Shown here: one piece after another, positions 10,553 to 19,084 of the stretch
How positions within the stretch are numbered: position 1 is the first letter of the stretch
How the letters are laid out: the number at the start of each line of letters is the position of its first letter
Origin: Candidatus Nomurabacteria bacterium
GTDB taxonomy: Bacteria; Patescibacteriota; Minisyncoccia; Phycocordibacterales; UBA5272
Assembly (NCBI GenBank): GCA_028286645.1
Contig: JAQBRF010000004.1
Coordinates: 273,536-337,535, forward strand
Direction of reading: 5' to 3'
DNA length: 64,000 bases
Notes under the pieces: generated by a model
Databases searched by the model: none
Seen by the model: only the letters and a program-made list of their open reading frames with translations
Told to the model about the DNA's origin: nothing
Made by a program: the position numbers and the translations under genes

Positions 10553-10798
10553 TTACTTTACACTAAATAGATCCAATTTTTTCTGCCGGGACCATTTCTT
10601 AATTTCAATTTCCCTCTTTCTTGCTGCCGAAAGCGTGGGTAATTCTTCCTTGTATTTTAAAATTACTGGCCTTCTTATCTTTGTATAGTGAGCGCCGGAC
10701 TTAAGCTCGTTATGTTCCCGTAATCTCTTTTCAAGATTATTCGTGGAACCGATATATAATGTATTATCAGAGCATTGGAGGATATAGAGGAAGTACAT
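10553..10798 (-). CDS. small GIY-YIG nuclease (YazA/UPF0213-like)
   Basis: [29 protein letters not shown]...[13 protein letters not shown]. Confidence 0.9.
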   Translation of the reverse strand: MYFLYILQCSDNTLYIGSTNNLEKRLREHNELKSGAHYTKIRRPVILKYKEELPTLSAARKREIEIKKWSRQKKLDLFSVK

Positions 10799-10909
10799 AT
10801 GATTAATAATATCACTTATTTTTAATAAGTATTTCGCGTTTATGTCCCCATTTGAATACACATAAAATAAGTGTAGAATGCGGGTAAACCACTACAAAGG
10901 AGCATTACT

Positions 10910-11308
10910 ATGTGGAACGACCCTCGCCCCCTCATTATCGAAGATGGGGCATTGCTGGACGCTTTACTTCGCGAATGGAATTCGGACAAGGTGTCAGCAA
11001 AGATTGTTTTCCACCCTCCGCTTGATTGCTGGGTGACGGAATGGTTTGACGACGGGGGCGGTCATTCTGGAGCAATATGGGCCCGGCGTTCACCAGTGGA
11101 TCCACCCGTATTTAATCGAGCAAGGGAGCTCGGCTACGTCGTGGGGGCTCCTAAGCTGGGATATACCTCCGATACGGAGTTCATTCTGACAGAAAACCCC
11201 TACATTCTCGAGGAGATCCATCGCCTGACAAAAGAATGGAGGGAAAAGGATTTAGCCAATCAAAAAGCAAGGTACCGCGCGAAACACCCCGAGCTGGAGA
11301 CGGATTAG
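10910..11308 (+). CDS. hypothetical protein (GC-rich ORFan unit)
   Basis: AAAGGAG SD, upstream TGnTAGAAT, downstream hairpin terminator. Confidence 0.7.
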   Translation: MWNDPRPLIIEDGALLDALLREWNSDKVSAKIVFHPPLDCWVTEWFDDGGGHSGAIWARRSPVDPPVFNRARELGYVVGAPKLGYTSDTEFILTENPYILEEIHRLTKEWREKDLANQKARYRAKHPELETD

Positions 11309-11332
11309 GAGCGGAAAGGAAATACTGTTCGA

Positions 11333-11357
11333 GGCCTGGTTAACTCCAGGCTTTTTT
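11333..11357 (+). terminator. intrinsic terminator
   Basis: gcctgg-ttaact-ccaggc followed by a T run. Confidence 0.7.
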
Positions 11358-11388
11358 ATTAGCTCGAATCTTTTAACTACAAAAATCG

Positions 11389-11670
11389 CTACATCGTAAT
11401 CGTAGGATAAACATGTCCTGGATTTCTATTTTCTTCTTCAATTTCTAACAAACGAAAGCGCGGACGGCCATCAGTATGAACTCCAGTAAATCTTTCTATG
11501 GGTTGAGAATATAGCTGGCCATGATCATATAGAGCGCGATAAATAACGCGAAATTCATCTCCTTCTTTGTCAGCATCTTTTGCGATATCAATCACAAGAT
11601 ATTTATTACCGCGATAATGTTCGTAAACGCGATTTCTCTCTACTGAGGTTTCAAGTCTTTGGAATTTCAT
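11389..11670 (-). CDS. DUF1653 family protein
   Basis: YEHYRGNKYLVIDIA...VIYRALY...YSQPIERF. Confidence 0.85.
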   Translation of the reverse strand: MKFQRLETSVERNRVYEHYRGNKYLVIDIAKDADKEGDEFRVIYRALYDHGQLYSQPIERFTGVHTDGRPRFRLLEIEEENRNPGHVYPTITM

Positions 11671-11710
11671 GTTTAAAGTATAGCAGTTAGGATTAGGTGA
11701 AATTAAGGAC

Positions 11711-11998
11711 CTACTTTTTAAAAGTTAATCCTTTTTCTCGAAGTGCAGACTTCAACTTTGGAATAGAAGCTGGCCCCATTCCATGAAGTTTCAAAATATC
11801 TGCTTCAGAATGGATGCTTAATTTTTTTAGACTATTTATCTTCGCATTCAAAAGAGCTCGAAGTGCTGGTGCTGAAATTGTTTCTGGAAAATCATTTTGT
11901 AATTTTTTCCTGTAATAACCTGACCAACAAACAGGACACACTGGACAGTCGCTACTTTTTTCAAATACATGCCCCCGACTACAAGTTTTTTTACTCAT
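11711..11998 (-). CDS. small protein with N-terminal Cys/His cluster and RNAP alpha-CTD-like HhH domain
   Basis: CSRGH..KSSDCPVCPVC, then SAPALRAL...LKLHGMGPASIPKL. Confidence 0.75.
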   Translation of the reverse strand: MSKKTCSRGHVFEKSSDCPVCPVCWSGYYRKKLQNDFPETISAPALRALLNAKINSLKKLSIHSEADILKLHGMGPASIPKLKSALREKGLTFKK

Positions 11999-12025
11999 AT
12001 CCGAATTATATCACTAGAATTATTA

Positions 12026-12277
12026 TTAGACTGAAAAAGTTAATTCAAACAAAAATAAAATCACTGCTACAGCCTGAATAAAAACAGCCAATAGTAACTT
12101 CTTAAGACTAGAAAATTTGAATAAATACGATGATAAAGATATGGCAAGCAAGATAACTGCCATTATGACCACCACTAGAAGATTCGGACCTTCAGGATCA
12201 TTCAAGAAATAGAACATGGACCGAGATAAAACGAGAGAGGTTATAGCTAGGATTATTAGGGTCTTTTTGGAGTACAT
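12026..12277 (-). CDS. small membrane protein (about 3 TM)
   Basis: Hydrophobic segments around DPEGPNLLVV. Confidence 0.65.
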   Translation of the reverse strand: MYSKKTLIILAITSLVLSRSMFYFLNDPEGPNLLVVVIMAVILLAISLSSYLFKFSSLKKLLLAVFIQAVAVILFLFELTFSV

Positions 12278-12344
12278 AATTTAATTATAATACAATTTAG
12301 GAGCCTACATGATGGGAGAATGAAACTGTTATACTAAACAAACC

Positions 12345-12959
12345 ATGAATAAATACAAACTGATTATATTTGACCTAATTGATACTTTGGCAGATTGTAA
12401 AGGTTTATCCGAAATGACTGCTCAGCTAGAGTCAACCCTAGGACAGGAAGCCATCGATATGTTTATAGATAAAGGAAATATAGATAAAATAAAGTCTATT
12501 GATGAGGCTATTAATATCTTTAGATCAAAAAAAGACTTTTCGGAAGAAAATGAAAAGTTACTAAGGCAATGGGTAGGATGGTCTAATACGATTCTTTATG
12601 AAGATACAATAGAAACATTAAAGTACTTAAAAGATAAAGGATACGAGGTCGCCATTATTTCTAATACCCCGCCAACATCTAAAGACCAATTAGCTGAACT
12701 GGGAATAAATCAGTACATAGATGTGGCTATCTTTTCTTTTGAGGTTGGCAGCAGAAAGCCGGAGAAAGAAATATTTCTTTCCTGCCTTGAAAAAACTGGG
12801 GTTGACCCATCTGAGGCTCTAATGATTGGGGATTCTATAAAAAATGATATTAATGGCGCAAAGAATGTCGGAATTGATGCATTGTTGATCGACAGAAACA
12901 ACATAATTGATTACGAACCAAAAATTACAAACTTAAATCAGTTACAGGATATTCTTTAG
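12345..12959 (+). CDS. HAD-superfamily hydrolase
   Basis: FDLIDTL, ISN, RKP and MIGDSIKNDI motifs. Confidence 0.9.
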   Translation: MNKYKLIIFDLIDTLADCKGLSEMTAQLESTLGQEAIDMFIDKGNIDKIKSIDEAINIFRSKKDFSEENEKLLRQWVGWSNTILYEDTIETLKYLKDKGYEVAIISNTPPTSKDQLAELGINQYIDVAIFSFEVGSRKPEKEIFLSCLEKTGVDPSEALMIGDSIKNDINGAKNVGIDALLIDRNNIIDYEPKITNLNQLQDIL

Positions 12960-12964
12960 ATTTT

Positions 12965-13606
12965 TTACATCTCCGGCTCCATAATTTCCGAAAGTCTTTC
13001 CTCAGGAAAAACTCTAACAGAGACTTTTTTCTCTCCTTGAATATACGCCTTTATGAACCGATGAACACCGTCAAGGATAACCCACCTGCCTCTATAATAG
13101 ATTATATCGATCGGGAAACTCAAATCCGCCCGCATCATTCTATCCCACTCCTTTGTACTATTGGGGGCTTTATTAACAAGATCCTTCGCAGTTACAACAA
13201 ATTCTTTTCCATCATCGGACGTCCAATAAGGAATATCTAGATGCCATAGCAAATTCTCCGCATTCATTTCAGAAGTTGGCAATTCAATAGCCCAAATCTT
13301 TTTTTCATCCCAACTGCCCCGAGGATAACCTAATGACGCCCAATCTATATATGCCTCCCCGGCTTCTCTGGTTAAATTTGCATCGCGGTATATCTCTGCC
13401 AATTCAAGAGTTAAATCATATGTCATTCTTTCTGTATCTTCTCTAGATACATACGGCGCTTGAATCTGATTTTGCCTTGACTCAATATAGAAATTAAGAA
13501 GGGTTGGATCCGGTGGATCTTTAGAAAGAGATTCAATCACGGATTCTCTAGTGATCAATCTTTCAATATTTTCCCTATTATCTTCTTCGGGGGTAGGATC
13601 GGTCAT
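12965..13606 (-). CDS. hypothetical protein with ParB/Srx-like C-terminal domain
   Basis: ADLSFPI...VILDGVHRFIKA resembles the ParB N-terminal DGxHR motif. Confidence 0.55.
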   Translation of the reverse strand: MTDPTPEEDNRENIERLITRESVIESLSKDPPDPTLLNFYIESRQNQIQAPYVSREDTERMTYDLTLELAEIYRDANLTREAGEAYIDWASLGYPRGSWDEKKIWAIELPTSEMNAENLLWHLDIPYWTSDDGKEFVVTAKDLVNKAPNSTKEWDRMMRADLSFPIDIIYYRGRWVILDGVHRFIKAYIQGEKKVSVRVFPEERLSEIMEPEM

Positions 13607-13650
13607 ATGGGAAGTATATCAGGTAGGATATGAAAGAAATTGGAACTCGG

Positions 13651-13715
13651 TTATATTTTCTTTATTCGGATTAAATTCTATAATCCACTCGATATCATAT
13701 TTATTTCTAAATATT
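13651..13715 (-). pseudogene. 3' fragment of a VOC/PhnB-like gene
   Basis: Minus-strand reading IFRNKYDIEWIIEFNP resembles the PhnB/glyoxalase C-terminal motif FRDKYGIEWMVDF. Confidence 0.35.
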
Positions 13716-13734
13716 TTAAGACACATCAGATAAC

Positions 13735-13763
13735 TTGACTTTATAATAGCAGTGTGTTATACT
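13735..13763 (+). promoter_or_regulatory. sigma70-type promoter
   Basis: TTGACT-17 nt-TATACT. Confidence 0.7.
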
Positions 13764-13812
13764 ATATAGGTACTCGTTCTGGCCAAATTTATTGTATCCC
13801 AAGGAGACCCTT

Positions 13813-14181
13813 ATGTCCCAACGCCGTATATTTGCAGTGGGTGACGGGGAAGTCATTCTCTCGGTACTCAGCATCACGAACGCTGGCGCCGCGGGTGAAG
13901 CCGTGGTGAAAGTCCGTGCGGAAGAAAAAAAAGAGGATGTCGCGATGCTTCTCACCTTCCAGGTGATGCTCGAAGCGACACCTCTCCGCCCCCTCGGCAT
14001 GCCGAGGGAGATCATGAAGAACAGGAAGACCAGAGCGGCTGCCGCTATCTTGAGCGCCGTCACGGTCGATGGTCCGGGATGCTTCTCGTTCAACGGTCTC
14101 GACTTTCTCAGGTGGGATTCGGACGGTGCGTGCTTTTACGTGCCCAGCCGGAACCACTGCGAAGCAACTCAGCTCCAATAG
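13813..14181 (+). CDS. hypothetical protein (GC-rich ORFan unit)
   Basis: AAGGAG SD before ATG 13813; own promoter and terminator. Confidence 0.65.
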   Translation: MSQRRIFAVGDGEVILSVLSITNAGAAGEAVVKVRAEEKKEDVAMLLTFQVMLEATPLRPLGMPREIMKNRKTRAAAAILSAVTVDGPGCFSFNGLDFLRWDSDGACFYVPSRNHCEATQLQ

Positions 14182-14208
14182 TGAAAAATCGGCGTGCCTC
14201 GTGCCCGC

Positions 14209-14235
14209 CACCCCGACTGAAGTCGGGGTTTTTTT
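14209..14235 (+). terminator. intrinsic terminator
   Basis: accccgac-tgaa-gtcggggt followed by a T run. Confidence 0.8.
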
Positions 14236-14416
14236 ATGAAAATTGGAACCAATCCTAGTCTCTAATAATTCTTATTCTCCTTGCCAAAAGAAAACTATAG
14301 AATTGGGACAATAATAATGACCGCTGTTACATTAGAGGGTTTTTGAGCAACCCACGTGAGAACATCTGGGCCGCATAGATATAACCCTGAGAGACCTGAT
14401 TGGTAGGGTAGAACTA

Positions 14417-14878
14417 TTACTTGTATATAGGTAAAATAGCTACTTCCTCCGGTATTTTGTATTCATTCCTAACCTCTTCAATAAATTCTAATTCTTTCTC
14501 GACTCTTTCAGGTCGGTTCCTCCTCATTATGTTTGCGATACACGCGGCAGGATTATTTTCAAAAAATCTATATTCAATACTAACTTCTATATTTAATTCT
14601 GAGATCAATTTTTTAATTCCCTGCTCTATTTCGTTTCTATATTCATCTTTACAAAATAGAATATCAGCAATAACTATACTTTTACCAACTAGTAACGCTT
14701 CTTTAATGTCTTCGTAATAAGCGCTTCCTTCACAGCTCAAAGATATTCTAGGGCGACTTGTTGCCGATCTATAGTAATCGTCGCATATTAAAGCGTTTCC
14801 AAATTCTTCTTTATGAGTTTCAAGATATGTAGTTTTACCAGAACCAGGCATGCCGACTATTATGATGATCTTTTGCAT
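14417..14878 (-). CDS. small P-loop kinase-like protein, copy A
   Basis: GMPGSGKTT; 23 differences in 153 aa against 18547..19011 by manual count. Confidence 0.85.
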   Translation of the reverse strand: MQKIIIIVGMPGSGKTTYLETHKEEFGNALICDDYYRSATSRPRISLSCEGSAYYEDIKEALLVGKSIVIADILFCKDEYRNEIEQGIKKLISELNIEVSIEYRFFENNPAACIANIMRRNRPERVEKELEFIEEVRNEYKIPEEVAILPIYK

Positions 14879-14936
14879 GAGGAGATTATAGCAAATAAGG
14901 CTAGAACAGAATTTGAAGAATTTTATAAACAGTCTA

Positions 14937-14965
14937 TTGACAAAAGTGATCTATAATGTTAAAAT
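14937..14965 (+). promoter_or_regulatory. sigma70-type promoter
   Basis: TTGACA-17 nt-TAAAAT. Confidence 0.65.
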
Positions 14966-15000
14966 AATAAATGTCCCTTTGGACACACTCAGGAGTGCCG

Positions 15001-15156
15001 ATGGAAGACAATATCGATCTTCATGTATTGCAAAGCCGGCTCATTTTCGCGCAGGAAGACGCCGGCGACGACTTTCTCGGTAAATGTCAGCGCGCGCAAG
15101 CCGCTGCGTCCATACCGGTCCTCGAGAAGCAAATCACCCAGATGGAACAGAAGTGA
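15001..15156 (+). CDS. 51-aa hypothetical protein (GC-rich ORFan unit)
   Basis: AGGAG SD at 14991, MEDNIDLHVLQSRL...; own promoter and terminator. Confidence 0.55.
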   Translation: MEDNIDLHVLQSRLIFAQEDAGDDFLGKCQRAQAAASIPVLEKQITQMEQK

Positions 15157-15170
15157 TCGTTCGGATGGGT

Positions 15171-15201
15171 AGGCGCGCGGCTACGGCTGCGCGCCTTTTT
15201 T
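15171..15201 (+). terminator. intrinsic terminator
   Basis: aggcgcgcggc-tacg-gctgcgcgcct followed by a T run. Confidence 0.8.
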
Positions 15202-15235
15202 ATGAAATTTACAAAGATGTGGGATACGTCAGAAC

Positions 15236-15733
15236 TTATTTAATGAATTCTTTGACTTTGACGCCCTCAAGTTGAGGGGCGTATTTAACTGGCTTCATTG
15301 TTTTTATTAAATCTTCATCAAAAGGCTTAATTCCTTTACCTATTAATACCGGTACAACATGAAGAATTATTTTCTTAACAGCATTCATCCTAAGAAGAAC
15401 ATTGTTAAGAGTTGGTCCGCTAGAAACAAGAGAATTAGGAGCAAGGGTTATTGCGTCTTCCGGAGAATGGACGACTACATATTTTTGCTTAGCTTTAAAG
15501 TTTATATCATTTGTAATCACAATCTTTTTAAAAGGGAGCAACTCAAAAGGGATAAGAAGTTCTTTGTCATAACTCTGGATTGTTTCATAAGTTCTTCTCC
15601 CCATAATAACTGATCCATACTCCTTATACATGTTCAAAGAATTTACCCATAACGTCTCAGGTATAAAATCTTCCTTTCCATTTTTATCTGCTATAAACCC
15701 ATCTTCAGAAACTACGTTATATAGCGTTAGCAT
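15236..15733 (-). CDS. dihydrofolate reductase/RibD C-terminal family protein
   Basis: VSEDGFIA, VIMGRRTYE, VVPVLIGKGIKPF. Confidence 0.85.
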   Translation of the reverse strand: MLTLYNVVSEDGFIADKNGKEDFIPETLWVNSLNMYKEYGSVIMGRRTYETIQSYDKELLIPFELLPFKKIVITNDINFKAKQKYVVVHSPEDAITLAPNSLVSSGPTLNNVLLRMNAVKKIILHVVPVLIGKGIKPFDEDLIKTMKPVKYAPQLEGVKVKEFIK

Positions 15734-15795
15734 TTCTTGAGTATATCAGGCGGAATGGTGGAACGATGTTGGAACTTCCTTACTTACAACAGACA

Positions 15796-15859
15796 CTCCG
15801 AACTTTCGAGTCCTTGAGGGCAAACAAAAACACCCTTAACGGGTGAATTTTGTTGCTGG
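15796..15859 (-). repeat. relic of the tRNA-Gln 3' trailer element
   Basis: ctccgaactttcgagtcc...aattttgttgctgg against ctccgagcttcgagtcc (23937) ... aattgtgttgctgg (24032). Confidence 0.65.
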
Positions 15860-15895
15860 CATTTTGGAAGGGTGTCCGTCTTTTATATCAGTAAA

Positions 15896-16519
15896 CTAAA
15901 CGTAGAATGTCTCTAGTCCCTCTTCTTTAAGCGCTTGCTTCACAGCCTCTCTGCTCTCTACCCGAGCCATGTATGCAGTTATGTTTGCATACTCCTCAAG
16001 GCTCATGCCAAACTGCTTCGTCCAGCGTAATATCGTGTACAGGTACGCATCCGGTGCAGTAAATGAATCACCGACGAGGTATTGGTGCTTACCAAGCTCA
16101 CTTTCCACATAAGCGAGTCGGCTCATGATCTTCTCCTTCGTTTGTCCCTTTAGTTCGTCAGATAATGTTGGATTAAATAGTGGTGAGAATCCCTTATGAA
16201 TCTCGGAACTTATGTAGGTCATCCATTCTAGGGCGCGGTAGTACACGAGTGAGCCTTTCTCTGGCATAAGAGTTACGGAAGATTGGTCGACAAGATAGTG
16301 AATAATAGCCACACCTTCCGAAAGCACATCACCTGAATCAAGCCGTAATGCAGGGACGTATCCACCTTTTGGGTTCACCACAAAAAAGTCTTCGCCCTCT
16401 GCAGTTGTGCGTTTTGCACCGTCAAAGGTAACACGTGATAGTTCTATGGCGATTTTGCCTTCTCTGGCAACTATATGCGGAGAAAGTGAACAGGCACCTG
16501 GAGCATAATAAAGTTTCAT
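15896..16519 (-). CDS. gstA: glutathione S-transferase (beta class, GstA-like)
   Basis: MKLYYAPGACSLSPHIV, NPKGGYVPAL, SEGVAI, SEIHKGFSPLF, FTAPDAYLYT. Confidence 0.9.
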   Translation of the reverse strand: MKLYYAPGACSLSPHIVAREGKIAIELSRVTFDGAKRTTAEGEDFFVVNPKGGYVPALRLDSGDVLSEGVAIIHYLVDQSSVTLMPEKGSLVYYRALEWMTYISSEIHKGFSPLFNPTLSDELKGQTKEKIMSRLAYVESELGKHQYLVGDSFTAPDAYLYTILRWTKQFGMSLEEYANITAYMARVESREAVKQALKEEGLETFYV

Positions 16520-16676
16520 ATTTTTTAGATTTAAGTTGTTAAAAGTAATATTACTTAATTGAAATTTCAAATAAAATGTTTTGCAGTCTTTATATTCGAA
16601 ATGTAAATAAGTAATATATCCAGTATATATACTTACTTTACATTGTAAAGTTACTTTTAAATGCTATAATCCCATT

Positions 16677-16973
16677 ATGAAGCCAAAGCTTTCGAGCTGC
16701 CCTGTAACCATGACTGCCACAGTCCTTTCCGACATCTGGACTATGCTTATTATGTATAGCCTTCTTGATAAGCCTATGAGATTTTGCGAGCTTGAGCGCG
16801 GACTTAAAGGTATTTCGACTCGAACACTTACGAACAAACTTAAAATTATCGAGGAAGAGAAACTTGTTATCAAAGATGGCGAGGGCTTCTATCATCCAAC
16901 AGAGAGAGGGAGAGGTTTGAAACCAGTACACAAAGCAATGCGTGCCTATGCAGAGAAATACTTAGTTGGGTAG
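16677..16973 (+). CDS. HxlR-family winged-HTH transcriptional regulator, divergent from the GST gene
   Basis: CPV...WTMLIM...MRFCELERGLKGISTRTLTNKLK. Confidence 0.9.
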   Translation: MKPKLSSCPVTMTATVLSDIWTMLIMYSLLDKPMRFCELERGLKGISTRTLTNKLKIIEEEKLVIKDGEGFYHPTERGRGLKPVHKAMRAYAEKYLVG

Positions 16974-17004
16974 TTGGGGATGTGGAAAGATGTTGGAACC
17001 GTCA

Positions 17005-17505
17005 TTAAGTGCTAATTATCTTAAATATCTCTTCTGGAGGAAGATTTGCGTCTATCATTTTAATACCTAGACCTCTAGCTTCTTCCTCAATCTCCGTAGC
17101 CCAATTTAAGGCATTCTGCAGCTGGTAGTCTGTTTTACCCATCGGATTTTCTCTACTTTCATGTCTTAGACGTTCAGCAAGAACTTCTTGTTCTGCGTTC
17201 AGAAAAAATACCTTATCAAATAAATCAACCATATCAAAAGCATTTCCCGCCATTCCAAAAAGGTACACATCATTATTTTTCTTTAAAAAAACTTTTAGGA
17301 ATTCTCTGCTCCAAAGAAATTCATGAGTATCTAAGAATTCTTTTCCAGCACCTATGGGAAATTCAACTTCATTGCCCTTACTATCAAAATATCCCGCAAG
17401 ACCGGGAATAGTATCAGCATCAAATGCATTGATGTTTTTTCTTCTCAAATAAAATGAAGTATATGTTTTACCAGAACCAGATGGGCCTAGTATTAAAATT
17501 TTCAT
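17005..17505 (-). CDS. P-loop nucleotide/shikimate kinase-like protein
   Basis: ILGPSGSGKT, DAD, FDKVFFL, ERLRHESRENPMGK. Confidence 0.75.
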   Translation of the reverse strand: MKILILGPSGSGKTYTSFYLRRKNINAFDADTIPGLAGYFDSKGNEVEFPIGAGKEFLDTHEFLWSREFLKVFLKKNNDVYLFGMAGNAFDMVDLFDKVFFLNAEQEVLAERLRHESRENPMGKTDYQLQNALNWATEIEEEARGLGIKMIDANLPPEEIFKIIST

Positions 17506-17611
17506 AAGAAGATTATATCATTCTTACTTTTTCTGAGCTATGGGCGACATTTTTTTAAATTTTAAATTTGTAGAAAATAGAAGTACTGTAAGTAACAATA
17601 TTAGAATTATT

Positions 17612-18049
17612 CTAGAGCTGGTGAATAGGAAAATCAATATCTGAAAAGGTGACCTTGTAGGAAAAGAGAGGCTTGATTGATTCGTGACGCATGCTCTCCT
17701 CTTCTCCATTTGCCCTTTCTTTAAAGTCTGACTTATTGAATACATATACAAATCCGTTAGCTCCGGGTGTCAGTTGTTTCAATGTTTCTGCGGTTGCTTT
17801 AAACTCTCTTCCATCAGAGGAAGACCTATAACCTTTTGGACAATTTTTCATATTAATAATTGCCATAAAAATTGCATAGTTTAATTTAGATGAAGCAAAG
17901 ATCGCTGGATCTCCGTCTGGAATATCTACACCATCAACACGAGTATAGGCTTGTTGGGGTTCAAAGATTTCTATTTCTGAACCCGATCCATGAAAAACAT
18001 ATTTATCTGTCTGTTCCATTATTCGTAATATAGATAGTGAATTTCCCAT
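17612..18049 (-). CDS. hypothetical protein (FHGS motif; weakly Arr/ADP-ribosyltransferase-like)
   Basis: YVFHGS...FEP...IFASS...GFVYVF; TAGAAT 8 nt upstream of the ATG. Confidence 0.55.
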   Translation of the reverse strand: MGNSLSILRIMEQTDKYVFHGSGSEIEIFEPQQAYTRVDGVDIPDGDPAIFASSKLNYAIFMAIINMKNCPKGYRSSSDGREFKATAETLKQLTPGANGFVYVFNKSDFKERANGEEESMRHESIKPLFSYKVTFSDIDFPIHQL

Positions 18050-18133
18050 ATCTAGCTATTCTAGCATTTGCTGGGGCCGTAGGACGATGTAGGAACTTTT
18101 TTATAGTAAAATCACTTATTATTAAAAATATCC

Positions 18134-18499
18134 TTATCGCGGAAATAATTGCGCGAGGATGCCTATTGCTATTCCAACGCCAAGAATTCCCCCGATCAAT
18201 GTGGCTCTTTTTACGATAGAAACTTTTCGAATATGCAAGAAATATGCGATTACGAGAAGCAGCAGAAAATACGCACTATCCAAAAGATACCAATCAACTA
18301 CTTGGAGCAATGCTTTGGTTGTATGACTCAAACTAGGATTATTGAGAATATGATTCTGTAGCCAAAAATGGACAGCGTCCGTTGGATTGGGTGATAGCGT
18401 CCCCAAGAATCCACCAAGTAGAAAGATTCCAACAGGAGTCTTCAAAAACTTTTCTTCCTTCTCTAGATTCCATCCATGGAAGAAATGTTTAATTGCCAT
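18134..18499 (-). CDS. small membrane protein
   Basis: Hydrophobic segments; TATACT upstream. Confidence 0.65.
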   Translation of the reverse strand: MAIKHFFHGWNLEKEEKFLKTPVGIFLLGGFLGTLSPNPTDAVHFWLQNHILNNPSLSHTTKALLQVVDWYLLDSAYFLLLLVIAYFLHIRKVSIVKRATLIGGILGVGIAIGILAQLFPR

Positions 18500-18546
18500 G
18501 ATGTAAGTAAGTATAGCAGGTGGGATTAAGAAGGTGGACAGAATGA

Positions 18547-19011
18547 TTATTGCTTGTATATAGGCAAAATGACAGAACCCTCTGGTATTTTATATCCACC
18601 CCTAACCTCTTCAATAAATTCTAACTCTTTCGCAACTCTTTCCGGGCGATTACGCCTTATTATGTTTGCGATGCATGCAGTAGAATTATTTTCAAAAAAT
18701 CTATATTCCATACTAGCGTCTATTTTTAATTCTGAAACCAATTTTTTTACACCCTCCTTTATTTCATTTCTATATTCATCTTTACAAAATAGAATATCAG
18801 CAATAACTATATCTTTACCCAATGCTAGCGCTTCTTTAATATCTTGATAATAAGCGCTTCCTTCGCAGCTTAAAGATACTCTGGGACGACTAGTTGCTGA
18901 TCTGTAATAATCGTCGCATATTAAAGCGTTTCCAAATTCTTCTTTATGAGTTTCAAGATATGTAGTTTTCCCGGAACCAGGCATACCAACTATTATGGTG
19001 ATCTTTTGCAT
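18547..19011 (-). CDS. small P-loop kinase-like protein, copy B
   Basis: Paralog of 14417..14878. Confidence 0.85.
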   Translation of the reverse strand: MQKITIIVGMPGSGKTTYLETHKEEFGNALICDDYYRSATSRPRVSLSCEGSAYYQDIKEALALGKDIVIADILFCKDEYRNEIKEGVKKLVSELKIDASMEYRFFENNSTACIANIIRRNRPERVAKELEFIEEVRGGYKIPEGSVILPIYKQ

Positions 19012-19084
19012 GAGGGAATTATAGCAAAAATATATCAGGTGAAGTTAGGAGTATAAGTGTCATTACAGTCCGGGCAAGCTTCGT

